Source of the DNA: Octopus sinensis
Taxonomy: Eukaryota
NCBI RefSeq assembly: GCF_006345805.1
Contig: NC_043015.1
Coordinates: forward strand, 22,940,001-23,004,000
Direction of reading: 5' to 3'
Length of the DNA: 64,000 nucleotides
The notes under the pieces were generated by a model. That model did no database searches, was not told the origin of the DNA, and saw nothing but the letters and a program-made list of their open reading frames with translations. The stretch's first letter is position 1, and each line of letters opens with the position of its first letter. The position numbers were made by a program, and so were the translations under genes. This document shows positions 1-13,854 of the stretch, one piece after another.

Positions 1-97
1 CTATAGTAGAAGACCCCTACCCGGGGTGTGATGTAGTGGGACTGAACCTGGAACCGTGTCGTTGGGAAGTAAGCTTCTTACCACACAACCACGCATA
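1..97 (-). mobile_element. tRNA-type SINE head fragment (family A)
   Basis: Reverse complement gtggtaagaagcttacttcccaac...ggttccaggttcagtcccact...gtcttctactatag matches the copy at 6984-7148. Confidence 0.65.
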
Positions 98-367
98 CAC
101 ATTTTATATTTTTAGGTGTGAGTTTGTGTTTTTTTAGTGTGTGTGTGTGTGTGTGTATGTATATACACTCGCATGTACATACACACACATACATTTCATA
201 GAATTCAGCAGTTTTGGACATTCTGCGCGTGATGTTTTCTCATTGCAATGGCGGAGTGCTACGTTTTGGAGTAATAATTTTTTAAAATTATTGATATAGT
301 ATATTTTGAAATGTTTTCTCTACATTTGTGAACCGCCTTAATTGAGCACTGGAGTTCATAACGGAAG

Positions 368-458
368 GAAGAAGAAGAAGAAGAAGAAGAAGAAGAAGAA
401 GAAGAAGAAGAAGAAGAAGAAGAAGAAGAAGAAGAAGAAGAACGAAGAAGAAGAAGAA
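368..458. repeat. (GAA)n microsatellite
   Basis: Direct inspection. Confidence 0.95.
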
Positions 459-1171
459 AACGTGGGTCAGTAACAGTGATGACAACGATGCTGATAATGT
501 GGAGGAGGAGGAGGAGGAGGGGAAGAAAGAGGAGACTGAGTAAGAGGACGATGATAAAGAATACGAGGTTGAATAAGAGTAAATAATTAGAGAAAGAAAT
601 ATAGAAAGAAACAAACAAGAAAAAACTAAGACAGAAATATGGTGGTGGCTTAAATTTTCGGTGAAAGGTGGAGCGTCGTACACACGAATCACAGAGAATA
701 TTCAGTCACTCGAGTGTTCAACAAAAGAATACGTTTATTGCAGTTCAAATTATGTACTTAAACGAGTAAGGTAAAATGAGTACGTATCGATAGGAACATG
801 CTACTTTAACTTGTAACATTTATATATCTACGAATTTTATAAACAATGTCACACATACATACGCGAATATTCGCACACCACACACACACAGAGTAAATTC
901 TCGCATATATTAACACATTCTAGTTCTCTCATCACTTTTATTTTGCTTCCCTTTTAATAGTTCACTAATTTATGAGGATTTTCTCTTTCTTAAAATGTTA
1001 GAAAATATCACTTTTCCCAAAACTGAACTGTATATAGTAAAGGTGCGTAGGTTTCTATGCATAATGACACACACACATATGTGTGTGTATAAGGGGTATA
1101 TCTGCTTATCTGTAAGTTTGTATTTATATATCTATAGATGTATGCATATATATGCATATGTATATGTATAT

Positions 1172-1239
<68 letters not shown>

Positions 1240-1240
1240 A

Positions 1241-1714
1241 TATTGTTATATTTCGGAATGGTCATATTGCCAGTTTAGCCAATAAACACACACGCACTAT
1301 ATATTTGGTGTTATTTTGCTTCAGTGATATTTATTTTTTACATTAATCTTAATCTTATTTCGGCCAAAGTTCTTTCGTCACACTCCTGTGACCGCATCAG
1401 TGGTCCTTTGTTTTCTTCTCACTTACTTGTGTCTCTCCTTACTAGCCGTCAGCCATTTTGTATTTCTATTGTATGTCTTTATTTGCGCAGCTTATATCAC
1501 TATGTGCGTCTATGTTTATTTAGTGTGTGTGGGGGGGATGCCTGTAATATTGTATCTTCTGGTTATATACATTCTCGTAATTTGTATTTTGTTTTTGTTG
1601 TTGCTTTTGTTCTAATTTTGTTCATGTGTTTACATCCACCCATTACTATCATTACATATGCTTGTATGTATGTATAACAACAATATTAGTAATAATAATA
1701 ATAAATCTAATCGA

Positions 1715-1745
<31 letters not shown>

Positions 1746-1775
1746 AAAAAAAGGAAAAAAAAAGAAAAAAAAAAA

Positions 1776-1826
<51 letters not shown>

Positions 1827-2351
1827 TACACACACATATACACACATATACACACATACATATAAATAGTTATTCATTTCTATTTCTTTAATTATCTGTG
1901 TAATTATTATGTTTGCAGGATCATATGTTGTGGTGTGTGCTATTGCTCCATTCTAGTTTTCTATTCAGGCTAGGTTTATTTTCTATTATATGTGTAGCTT
2001 CTGTAATTTGTCTAATTGTTGCATCTGTTCTATGTGTGGACAATATCTTAATCTCTATGTTATTGATTGATCCCCCGTGTTCTTGTTCGGCGTGTTGGTA
2101 CAGAATCGATGAGCTTTTACCTTCCTTGAGTTGTCTCCAATGTTCATTCACCCGCTCACCAATGCTTCTTGCTGTTTCCCCTACGTATGTTACTGTCTTG
2201 TTACTGCATCATCCCTCTATACATCTTATACTATAGACCACATTTCTGGCTTTACAGTTTGTTTGTGGGCTAAATCTACATGCAGTGCAATAGTTATACG
2301 TACAGAGAGTTCTACTAAAAGGATAGGTTCTACCAATTATAGATCTGATAG
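1241..2351 (-). mobile_element. Inverted copy of Penelope-like element 3' end (left arm of palindrome)
   Basis: Reverse complement of 2474-3601; encodes ...EHWRQLKEGKSSSILYQHAEQEHGG...NKPSLNRKLEW on the minus strand. Confidence 0.85.
1362..1406 (-). ncRNA. Degenerate minimal type I hammerhead-like motif
   Basis: GGACCA-CUGAUGC-G-GUCAC[aggagu]GUGAC-GAA-AGAACU-U-UGGCC; A9 replaced by C; mirror copy at 3437-3480 (+). Confidence 0.45.
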
Positions 2352-2903
2352 CCATAAATACCAGAGTGTCATGTTCGTTGACACCACCCCTGGAGGTGAA
2401 CTGGCGTAGCGCTTTAGAAGGACCCTAGATAAACTTAAACTAAGAATTAACGTTGTTGAAAAGCTAGGCAACCCTATCAGATCTATAATTGGTAGAACCT
2501 ATCCTTTTAGTAGAACTCTCTGTACGGATAAATATTGCACTGTATGTAGATTTAGCCCACAAACAAACTGTAAAGCCAGAAATGTGGTCTATAGTATAAG
2601 ATGTATAGAGGGACGATGCAGTAACAAGACAGTAACATACGTAGGGGAAACAGCAAGAAGCATTGGAGAGCGGGTGAATGACATTGGAGACAACTCAAGG
2701 AAGGTAAAAGCTCATCGATTCTGTACCAACACGCCGAACAAGAACACGGGGGATCAATCAATAACATAGAGATTAAGATATTGTTCCACACATAGAACAG
2801 ATCAACAATTAGACAAATTACAGAAGCTACACATATAATAGAAAATAAACCTAGCCTGATAGAAAAACTAGAATGGAGCAATAGCACACACCACAACATA
2901 TGA
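2352..2903 (+). pseudogene. PLE GIY-YIG endonuclease domain, frameshifted
   Basis: VYSIRC...TYVGETARSIGERV..EH motif; conserved ITEATHI..NKPSLN end; stop at 2901-2903. Confidence 0.85.
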
Positions 2904-3009
2904 CGATAGTGGATCCTGCAAACATAATAATTACACAGATAATTAAAGAAATAGAAATGAATAACTATATATATGTATGTGTGTATATGTGTGTATATGT
3001 GTGTGTGTA

Positions 3010-3055
<46 letters not shown>

Positions 3056-3436
3056 ATATATGTATAATATAATTATGTATAATATATATATATATATATA
3101 TATTTTTATTTGTATTTTTTTTTCGATTAGAGTTATTATTATTATTACAATATTGTTGTTATACATACATACAAGCATATGTAATGATAATAATGGGTGG
3201 ATGTAAACACATGAACAAAATTAGAACAAAAGCCAACAACAACAAAAACAAAATACAAATTACAAGAATGTATATAACCAGAAGATACAAATATTACAGG
3301 CATCCCCCCCACATACACACTAAATAAACATAGACGCACATAGTGATATAAGCATGCGCAAATGAAGACATACAATAGAAATACAAAATGGCTGACGGTA
3401 GTAAGGAGAGACACAAGTAAGTGAGAAGAAAACAAA

Positions 3437-3480
3437 GGACCACTGATGCGATCACAGGAGTGTGACGAAAGAACTTTGCC
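3437..3480 (+). ncRNA. Degenerate hammerhead-like motif (right-arm copy)
   Basis: Same motif as 1362-1406 with additional stem I/II mismatches. Confidence 0.35.
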
Positions 3481-3658
3481 GAAATAAGATTAAGATTAAG
3501 TAAAAAATAAATACTCACTGAAGCAAAATAACACCAAATATATAGTGCGTGTGTTTTTATTGGCTAAACTGGCAATATGACCATTCCGAAATATAACAAT
3601 ATCTGTTTCAAACACACGACTTCACATAAAAAAATCTTGCACCAACAAATATTTAAAG

Positions 3659-3706
<48 letters not shown>

Positions 3707-3762
3707 GTATGTATATATATATATATGGTATAATATATATATATATTATATATATATCTATA

Positions 3763-3797
<35 letters not shown>

Positions 3798-3874
3798 ATT
3801 GCCGCGTGGAAGGTGTTGTAAGCCATTTAATAAAAACACAAAAGCCGTTCGATTACTTCAATATTTAAGTTTAA

Positions 3875-3924
3875 TTTGTCAAAATATTTTTGTCGTTAAA
3901 ATCCGCCACCTGTTCACTGACAAA
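3875..3924 (-). ncRNA. Hammerhead-shaped motif with G3-C8 core, probably inactive copy
   Basis: UUUGUCA-GUGAACA-G-[imperfect stem II]-AAA-AAUAUU-U-UGACAAA; perfect 7-bp stem I and palindromic stem III; G12 replaced by A. Confidence 0.5.
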
Positions 3925-3956
3925 AATCCGTGCTGCATCTCAGCTGCATCTCCGTA

Positions 3957-3989
<33 letters not shown>

Positions 3990-4409
3990 AGTATATATAT
4001 ATATAAGTATATATATATATAAGTATATATTTTTTATTTCTCTTCTCCTTTCTTCCCTTCTCCAAATTCACAGACACCCACACACACACGCACGCACGCA
4101 CACACACACACACACCTCCACAAAACAATAATAAAGAGAATTCTTCTCTAAACCCAAAAGCCATTTTACCCTTCCTCATTAAAAACACACACTCTCCTAC
4201 ACATATAAAAAGGAAATATAATTTATGGTCTACCTCCCCACCTTCACAGACTCAATAACACTATGAAATGGTCAAAACTGAAATTATATTTCCCCAAGAT
4301 CTTAGACCCCCCCCCCTTGCAGTAAGCATCCTGTCCAGCAGAGCAAAAATTGTCTTCTTCTTCCCTCTCGCTTCCCCTCTTTTTCTTTAGCACCCATTCC
4401 AAATACGAA

Positions 4410-4728
4410 AACACACACACACATATGCTCTCTCTCTCTCACTCTCTCTCACTGTCTCCTCATCCATCACCCTCTTGTACTGTCTTACATCCCTCCCTAT
4501 CACTACAAACTCAATAACACTATAAAATGGTCAAAACTTTTCACACAGGAACTTAGTTCAATGTGAAAACCCCACTAGAATGGGAGAAAGCGCTAATACA
4601 TGATCTAAGTTATATGATGGATAAAAACATGTAATATACAAATAAATAACTGTAAATATAAAACCATCCGAATTTCTGAGTACCTCATTTCTTCTAATAT
4701 AAAATACCTGTACATCATCTCCAAACCT

Positions 4729-4733
<5 letters not shown>
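4410..4733 (+). repeat. Dispersed repeat of about 320 bp, second copy at 23715-24015; possible PLE pseudo-LTR family
   Basis: Long near-identical blocks such as aaaccatccgaatttctgagtacctcatttcttctaatataaaatac; contains CCA-ctagaa-TGG hairpin followed by GAAAGCGCTA. Confidence 0.8.
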
Positions 4734-4781
<48 letters not shown>

Positions 4782-4930
4782 CACACACACTCAATCCGTT
4801 TCTAAAGTTGTATACACGCGTACTCTCACTCGATCAACATCTCCCTCACTTCCATCATAGCACACAGAAGAAATACACACACCTATGTATATAGTTTTAT
4901 CATATATATATATATATATATTATATATAT

Positions 4931-4972
<42 letters not shown>

Positions 4973-4981
4973 TACATACAT

Positions 4982-5012
<31 letters not shown>

Positions 5013-5264
5013 CTATCATATATATTATGTTATATAATATATATAATATATATAATATATATATATTATATATATATATATATAGATAGATAGATAGATA
5101 GTAGATAGATAGATAAAGATAAAATATATATATATATTTCCATCACGGGTTAGTTTCCATTATATACTTATCCATTTGTTCAGGTTATTTCCTCTCATTC
5201 TCAATATGCATTTAAGCATACCAACATGCATATATCTGTATATGGGTATAAGGATGTATACACA

Positions 5265-5307
<43 letters not shown>

Positions 5308-6273
5308 CACATATGAATATATGCATTCAGTCTTATATGTATAAAACTGTGTCTCAATCCCTCCCATTTTCTTAGACATCCTTCATTTCCCATTAGTGAT
5401 GGTACATGAGACAATAATCATCATTGTCGCAATAACAATGATGCTAATCACTCACGACTGATTAATAATTTGATGCAAGTTTAATGAATATTACCAGAGG
5501 CTGAACGGGAATAATTACAAATTGTTGATTGATTACTTGATTAAAGCATCAATTTTGTAAATAACTGATCGAGTTCGGTGAAATTTTCGCTATTAACTGA
5601 ATGCAATTGTTGCATTTAAACACACAATAATAAACGATGTGATCTACGAGACGAGTTAGATTAGATCCGTCTTCTGCTAACCGCCATGCCATCGCGCCAT
5701 TGCGCTATCAAGTCACCAGCCTTCACCACCAGCGACACCAAGTGTTGTACAGCAGGCAGATTATAATGATCAGTTAATCTTATTTTACAATCAATCGGTC
5801 GCAATTGGAAAACGATTGTGATCGAATAGTCATCGTTAAGCTCGTTTTAAGCGGCATAACAAATGAAATAGTTGAACGACTGGCTAGATTTTGCAAGAAA
5901 TAATTAGTTATTAATTTATATATGCGTGCCAATGAGAGATGCGAAGGGAGGACGAGAAGCGCAAATAGTGAGAGACATGGGGAAGATGGAAGGAGAAAGA
6001 GAGTGGAAAAAGAAATAGATGGACTGAGATGGAGAGAGCGAGAGAAATAGACAGGAGAGTAAACAATTGTGAAAGATCTACAGGGAAGTAAGGGACGAGA
6101 GAAACGTGCGAGTGAACGGTCGTCTATTTTGGCGGAAGTCCAAGCAGCCATTCTTTAGACATTTATCTTCATGTAGAGTATATATACACAACCAACAACC
6201 TGACAGGAGACTTCTATTCCTAGGCGACACTGGTTTGGATATGTAAGCCTGTATGAAACGAATACAGCAACAT

Positions 6274-6308
<35 letters not shown>

Positions 6309-6340
6309 CACACACAAAACACATATATATACACACAGAC

Positions 6341-6390
<50 letters not shown>

Positions 6391-6983
6391 TGTGTGTATG
6401 TGTATGTATATATGTGTGTTTATATCCATGAATATATAAATATATATCTATGCTTATTGGTATAAGTATATGCATAGATATACATAGATATGAATAAAAT
6501 ATATATAACACATATAATATATAATATATATATATATATATATATAATATATATACATATAATAATATATATATATATATAATATTATATATATATTATA
6601 TATATATACATATATACATATATATATTTACATATATCTATATATATATATATATATATATATAGTGAGAGAGAAAGAGGGAGAGAGGAAAGAGTGACAG
6701 AGAGAGATAGAGACATGTCGTGGACCAATCTTTGGTCGAAAGATATATCTAAGTTATATATTTATATATATATATATGTATGCGAATATGTATATATATA
6801 TATGTGTGTATGTATGTGTGTGTGTTTGTGTGTGTGCGTGTATGTGTTTGTGTGTATATGTATATATGCATCTACAAATACATACGTATATAACATAGAT
6901 GTATGTTTGGATTAAAGATTGGTCGACGTCATGTCTCTCTCTACCTTCTCCCCCTCACACACACTCTCTCTCTCTCTCTCTCC

Positions 6984-7146
6984 ATGCGTAGGCATGACTG
7001 TGTGGTAAATAGCTTGCTTACCAACAACATGGTTCCAGATTCAATCCAACTGCGTGGCACCTTGGGCAAATGTATTCTACTAAGCATCTGGCTAACCACC
7101 GCCTTGTAAGTCGATTTGGTACACGGAAACTGAAAGAAAACCGTCG

Positions 7147-7148
<2 letters not shown>
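6984..7148 (+). mobile_element. tRNA-type SINE (family A)
   Basis: gtggtaaatagcttgcttacc...ggttccagattcaatcc...ggaaactgaaagaa followed by (TA)n tail. Confidence 0.7.
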
Positions 7149-7219
<71 letters not shown>

Positions 7220-8494
7220 AACGGAAAATGGATTTCGTACGAAACTTTATCCGAGGTAATGATCGCTTTACTCCATCTTGCAGTTGTTCCCCATGGGTAA
7301 GATATTGGGCCTTCCGTTGTATTGCATGAATTAGTGCATTCTGTGCATTCAGGTGGTTTTATATAAATGATATCCTCCTATATATACAAGGTTCCTCCAG
7401 GTTTGGTGTAGTTAGTCTCTCTCTGTGTACAAAAATTCTGGAATACATACCTGGCATATGGGGCTAGTTACATAAAAGAAGAATGAAATGAAAATAGTAA
7501 ACTGTAGAAAATAAAACCTGTCAAATTACAAGACTGGAAATTTAAAAGAGAGAATATGTATGTGCATTTGTTGACGCAAACACTTACAGAATTACAAACG
7601 GTAACACAAACGCACCTGCTCGTACGGCTAACGTGTAACCTTTTAACGTATCTATAATCAACCTGGGTGTTCGTAGATAAGTGGTGACTGGCTCCCTGCT
7701 GTGTAGAAGATTCTATGGACGAGTACGGATGATTGAACCGGGGCTTTGTTGGGTTGGGTGTAGCGGACACAAACATATAAAATCATTTCTATATACACAT
7801 ATACTCACTCACATACATATATTTGGCTGTGGTTTGACAAACGCCAATCTCATCAGTATTCACGCTCACACATACCCAATTAATTGTATATGTACATAGT
7901 TGTGCACACATCTATATATATACTCACACGTATTTACATTCATATACATACAGACACATGTAAACATACATTTTTCCATATGCATATATGTGTGTGTGTG
8001 TGTGTGTGTGCGCGCTTATAAAGCCCCGTATATACGTATCGACATATGCATATAGACGCATTCATATGCATTCATCTCTGTCCCTCTTTTCATCTATCTA
8101 CACACTGGGGCCTACGTGTGAAAGTCTAACTTCCAGGTGTGTAGTCGCATCTCATGGAGTGTGTCTAAATTTTTATTTACTCTTCTAAATAAGAACTTGA
8201 ACAGATATATTTATACGTGCATCTACATAGCTGTATTTTCGCATTAACATACGCAAGGGATACACAAACTCACTCCTATGAGTTCATATCTAAACACACA
8301 ACGATCACCCTTTACTTGTGGCTACAGAACGTAGCCTGAGCAGACAGAACAGCATCAACAACAACACCAACGCAGTTACCGTATTTGCTGAAGATAACCG
8401 CAGCTACAAAAGCAACAACATTAATAATGGTAATAAGTGATAACAATCTTTTAAAAAGGAAAACCATGGCCTCAAATTTGGATAAAGGGATTAA

Positions 8495-8573
8495 GTAGAT
8501 TTCATCGACCCCATTGCGTAACTGGTACTTATTTAATCGATCCTGATGGGCGAAAGGCAAAGTCGACCTCGGA
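8495..8573 (-). mobile_element. SINE family B fragment
   Basis: Reverse complement matches gaggtcgactttgcctttc...ggtcgat...aagtaccagttacgca..ggggtcgat of 34136-34730. Confidence 0.7.
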
Positions 8574-8749
8574 TAATAAGTGATAATAATAGTGGTTGTA
8601 ATTTCACTTGATTTTTTTGTCTTCATACACGGAGCTTATCCACTGAAATAGATTGCAAGTTCGCAATAGATTCTCTGAGAACTCATTCAGCATGATAGAA
8701 AGAGTTGTAAATCTCTTTATAATTGAGGTATTTGTCAAGCCTATACACA

Positions 8750-9420
8750 TAAAGTTTTTTTTTAATACTAAATCTCAAAATCAGTAAAGAATATATTAGA
8801 TATTTCTTGCAGTAGAGAGAATTCTTAAATCATATAAATACATGACTATGCCACCTTGCAGATATACCATTTTCCATAATACTGCTATGGCCACTTTTCA
8901 TATTTTTGTCACATGTTATTGTTATAGTATTCAAATGGACTCTTCTATAAAATAAACAACGATAGCTGGCAATACTTAGAGCCTTTCTCAATAGCTATTA
9001 AGGTACAATATTTTGTGCTTTGTTATATTCTATTGTAGTAATCCTTCCTAAAGATGTTTATAAGCTGAAAATCTAGTAGCGAAATTCATTCCTTAGAAAT
9101 CTCTAATTCATAAACCTATATGTAGCCGAACGTAAACATCACTATATAACGTCCTATCATATTGTAAATATGTGTGCTTGCAGTCTGAGTGCTTTTCTCG
9201 TTATAGATGAATCCTGATTGAATTTAAACGGTTATACCTAGCATTTCTGCATGAAATCAATCGGATGGCATAGTGTTCTGGCTATAGAATTTATCTCACA
9301 TTGAAATAACATTGTCGGAACCTTCAATTCATGTGCAGGTGCTTTTGTTTAAAAAATTAAGCTGCAATAGGGAATAATTCCCTGGTTCGTTTTTAGATTT
9401 TAATCAAACCTATCATGATG
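8750..9420 (-). pseudogene. Highly decayed LINE reverse transcriptase remnant
   Basis: Ordered motif remnants KNEPGNY, QSGF...STQTA, G(IS)QGGIV with stops and frameshifts. Confidence 0.35.
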
Positions 9421-12320
9421 GAATCATCTTTCTTACGTTTTGCTCTAGATCTCAGCAAGAGGGAATATTTAATCTGGTAGTTGCATCAAAAAGCGCCTTA
9501 AATCCAGTCTGCCAGTAGTATAGAAATATCTGATGTATGATAGATATATACTTCTGATAACATAGTGTTCTACCTATAATAAATAGTGTTTCTATTTCAA
9601 TTTGTCTTCCTCAAATTGATAAGGCTGTAGCTAAGCACGTCTGCTTAAAAAGATCTCCAGTATAAAATGAGGTTTATTTTAATTATACTCAATGACAGTT
9701 ATTTAGTCTAAGAAATAACAGTGAATTTCTGTTTACCTCCGCTGACACACTTCAGAACCCTTTCCAAGATTAGGTTTGTCAAATACTTCCTGTTGTGACA
9801 AAAACAGTATATCAGATGATAGGTTGGTTACTTCGATGTAGCTTCCAAATAACAGTAAAAATTAATATACGAATGTGTGTATGTGTGCGTATATGCGCAT
9901 GCGAGCGCGTGTGTGTGTATGAATGTATATATGTACATTTTTATGTATAATGTGATATATATTGTCAATTATCTAATAGTTCCCAGACAATTTCACAGAG
10001 TAGATAATGTGTGCTCAAGACTTAAGAACCAGTCTACGACATCTTAAACAGTTTCACTAAACTTAATGACCATCTTGCACTTGTGTTATGTTGGCTTTGT
10101 CACAAAAAGAATTGAAACAATGCTTATTCTCTTTATCTACTTTGATCGTAATGCCAACTTGTAAGCTAATTTAAATCAATTCAAACGGTAATGAAAATCC
10201 TAATAATGAATGGGAGTGTCGAAACTGTCCCGTTCTAATCCGAATTTAGAAACGCAATTTGAAATATCACTTGTTCAAATCTTCTCGCTGTCGCTACATA
10301 TCTTTATTTCAAATGTTTCTTAAAGTAAATCACTTTGCCTAGGATGTTTGCTTTGCAGTCACGTCGTTTTAGGTTACATCTCCATTTGTGTCACTTTGGG
10401 GTAAATGTTAACCGAAACAGAGTTAAAGATATTTGACGATGTTAAAACGAGTAGGAAACAACTGGAGGGCCCGGTCTTGATTTTGACCGTTGATTTCATT
10501 TATCGTCTGGTTTTGAGTTTTTGTAGAGTACCAATCTTTGCAAGGAATCTAGCTACATCTCTCCTTCGGATATAAGGCATGTCAGATTTGACAATTGAGT
10601 CTGTGTTTTCGTAGAAGAGTAATCGCTTTCTCACTATCTGTTTTTTAAAATTATCATTGACTTCGTTCGACAAATTGTTGTTAACTATATTGTGTACTAG
10701 TGTTTATTAACAGTATGTTTATACCAATGGCCTTATTATTGAAGTAAGGATGTTTATATTTTTTGTTCCAGCCATTTTTACATCAACTTCGATTGTCTTA
10801 AAGAAGACGACAAAAGAGACACTGGTCAAGTACTAAATATATTTAAGTCCTGTATAATCCTATCTAAACATTTGTAAGCTTGTTTCTATGTTAGAAATAA
10901 AATGGAATATTATAATATACTAGATAATGTAGACTAATTAATTCTCGCTCTAGTTCAACAGGAACTCATCCAAATTCTGGTGGAATCTGAGGAGGCACAA
11001 AGATTAAAGCATTTCTATGCTTAACTGTATATTTCTTGCTTGATACTATCCGACGAGAATGTAATACTTTAGTGTATATAGAATTATACTATCAGAATGA
11101 ATTCTTCCTTTGTTAAAACAACAACAAAGTATGATCTGAAGTAAAACTTCCTGCAGAATATATAATGTAAAACAACCGCAAGGGGATGTAAGGTTGTTTA
11201 TAATTTGTTGTATGGGAAAAGAATGCGTTGAAAGAAAACTCTTTTAGTATTTGATGCCTTGAAAATAACTTTTAGTTTGTTGAATAACACTTGACTGCAA
11301 CAACCTATGGTGAGTTTTCTCAAAAGAGATATCTGTCTAGATGGCCTCATATCGTATTTTGTTAATTTTAATAAGTAGTATTTTTCACGCATCTTTTCAG
11401 AACAACATGGAAGATCAGAAATGCATTATATGCTGTTAGAAGTACTAGCTTTCACTATCTTATTCTCTACCCGGTCGCCTATATGTTCCACGATTTGGAT
11501 ACCCATGTGTGCGCGTGCGCGCGCATGTGTGTGTATGTGCACGCATGTATACGAATAATATATCTATATCTTTTCTTTCTCATTCCTTCTCTCTGTCTTT
11601 CTTTCTCATCTCCTTCTCCCTGTCCCTTGTTTCCTCTCTGCGTGAAAACTATAAGAAAATGTTATTTTAAATTTAAATTTACTTACAGAAATAATCTCTT
11701 TGATTTACGGCTGAAAATTAGCACGGCATATTATCTAGATATTAATGATCTTAAACCAAGCCAACGAAAACTTGAAATAAGAAAACAATATAAGATATTA
11801 ATGAATTTTGTAACAAACTACACATATAGTGATATGAAAATACAGGAAAACATGTTTGCATGATATGGTTTTGGAACAACTACGGTTGGAATGGTGCAAT
11901 AATTGCCAAATAATACCATTTTTATTTGCAATACCAACATTCCAAAATATATATACATAAGAGATTTAATTCAAAATACTTATATTTATTACATCTTGTA
12001 GGAATATTGTTGCTCTTATTGTTATATATATTTTGTATTATCAATGTTTGATATTTTTCCTAAATTCCTAATTTAATTGCCTTTGTGTGTACTGCCAATA
12101 CCATTATCCCATGCAATACGTGTCTAAACACGAAAGGCATCAAATATATCGTGTCCAAAACAAGTTCTTGAGGAACACACACATGTGCATACAAACACAT
12201 ACACACATACAGGCATATATTTACACACACAATCATATATATAATATATATATACATACACATACACACACACATATATATATATGTATGGATATGTTTA
12301 TATGCATATATATATAGAGA

Positions 12321-12389
<69 letters not shown>

Positions 12390-12395
12390 CATATA

Positions 12396-12441
<46 letters not shown>

Positions 12442-13654
12442 ATATATATATATATATATATACATATATACATATATATATATACATGTATGTATGTTTG
12501 AATGGAATTTGCGCATGTACGTACATACAAATATATTCATTCCTTATATATATACATATACAGGCAGCTTAATCATTGTTTCATTTCACGTATCCCATCA
12601 ATGGAAGAAAAGTGTATGTGTGTGAGTGTGCGTGTTTGTGCGTTTGTGAGTAACTGATAAAATAATCGAGACACTTCAGATAAAATTAAAGTAACTTTCA
12701 ATAAATTTCAATCTAAAATAACATCCTCTATATATGCGAGTGAAAATTTTCTAAAATGCTCATGAACTAAATGAATGATAAACATGTCATATTTATGTAT
12801 TGAGCTATGAACATATGTATACCAATCCACATAAATACATAGATATGTTTCTAAGTGTAATCAACCAAATACATATTCGAGGTTGTCATGTCTAATAAGT
12901 AATTTCAACGAAATACTTAACAAAAATGGCTGCATGCTAGATTCTGTAATGAAATGCTTGCACTCTCTAAACAAAACAGATCATTGCATGCTCATAACAT
13001 TCGATGACGCCGTCTTCATTAAAATGCTCAACTAAGTTACAAATACAAACCCATGTATATATATGTTCATCTATTCATGCATATATATATATATATACAA
13101 TGTTTACATATTCATTTCTGTATATACACATATTTACATACACACACGCCCAAAAAGATACGCTCACCCATATATGTATATACATGTATATATATATATA
13201 TATATGAGTGTATCTATTGTAAACTGGGATAGTTCGAAACAAACATTCTGCGCAACAAAGTGAATATCTAGGTTATTCTTTTATGAGTTTCAGCAACCTT
13301 CAATTGAAAAATGAAAAGTGCTTTTTCCCACCATATAATATTTGGCTTTGCAAGTCTACTAATTAAATATTCTTCATTTTCAAATATTTTTCCTGACAGC
13401 ATGTAAACATATCGCATAAGAAACATTATAAAAGGATTATGTGGTAATATTACCTTCTATGCTCTCTTCCTTAAAATAATAATAATGATGATGATGATAA
13501 TAATAATTTTCCTTTTTCTCTGTCTTTTATCCCCTTCGTAAATGATCACTCTAGTGTGTTTATTTTAATGTCCTACAAATGTATACAGTTTGTTTCTCTA
13601 CCCTAGGTATCAGGAAGATGTTCGTCAAAAAATGGAAACAGAATTGAAACAGGA

Positions 13655-13664
13655 TGATAATGAA

Positions 13665-13717
<53 letters not shown>

Positions 13718-13784
13718 TAATAATAACAATAATAATAATAATAATAATGATAATAATAATAATAATAATGATAAAAAAAATAAA

Positions 13785-13832
<48 letters not shown>

Positions 13833-13854
13833 TATAAATAATAATAATAATAAT
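13655..13854. repeat. (AAT)n microsatellite
   Basis: Direct inspection. Confidence 0.95.

Larger units (their letters stand above)
2352..3601 (+). mobile_element. 5'-truncated Penelope-like element (GIY-YIG end plus 3' UTR/pseudo-LTR)
   Basis: C-terminal PLE ORF remnant followed by a microsatellite-containing 3' region with an HHR-like motif. Confidence 0.85.

Noticed and set aside
7210-7370. Minus-strand open stretch EDIIYIKPPECTECTNSC...
   Set aside because: No donor site, runs into (TA)n, no recognisable family; probably a repeat fragment.
13609-13655. Acceptor-like site followed by YQEDVRQKMETELKQ (faintly P450-like)
   Set aside because: No donor; runs into the AAT tract; similarity too short.
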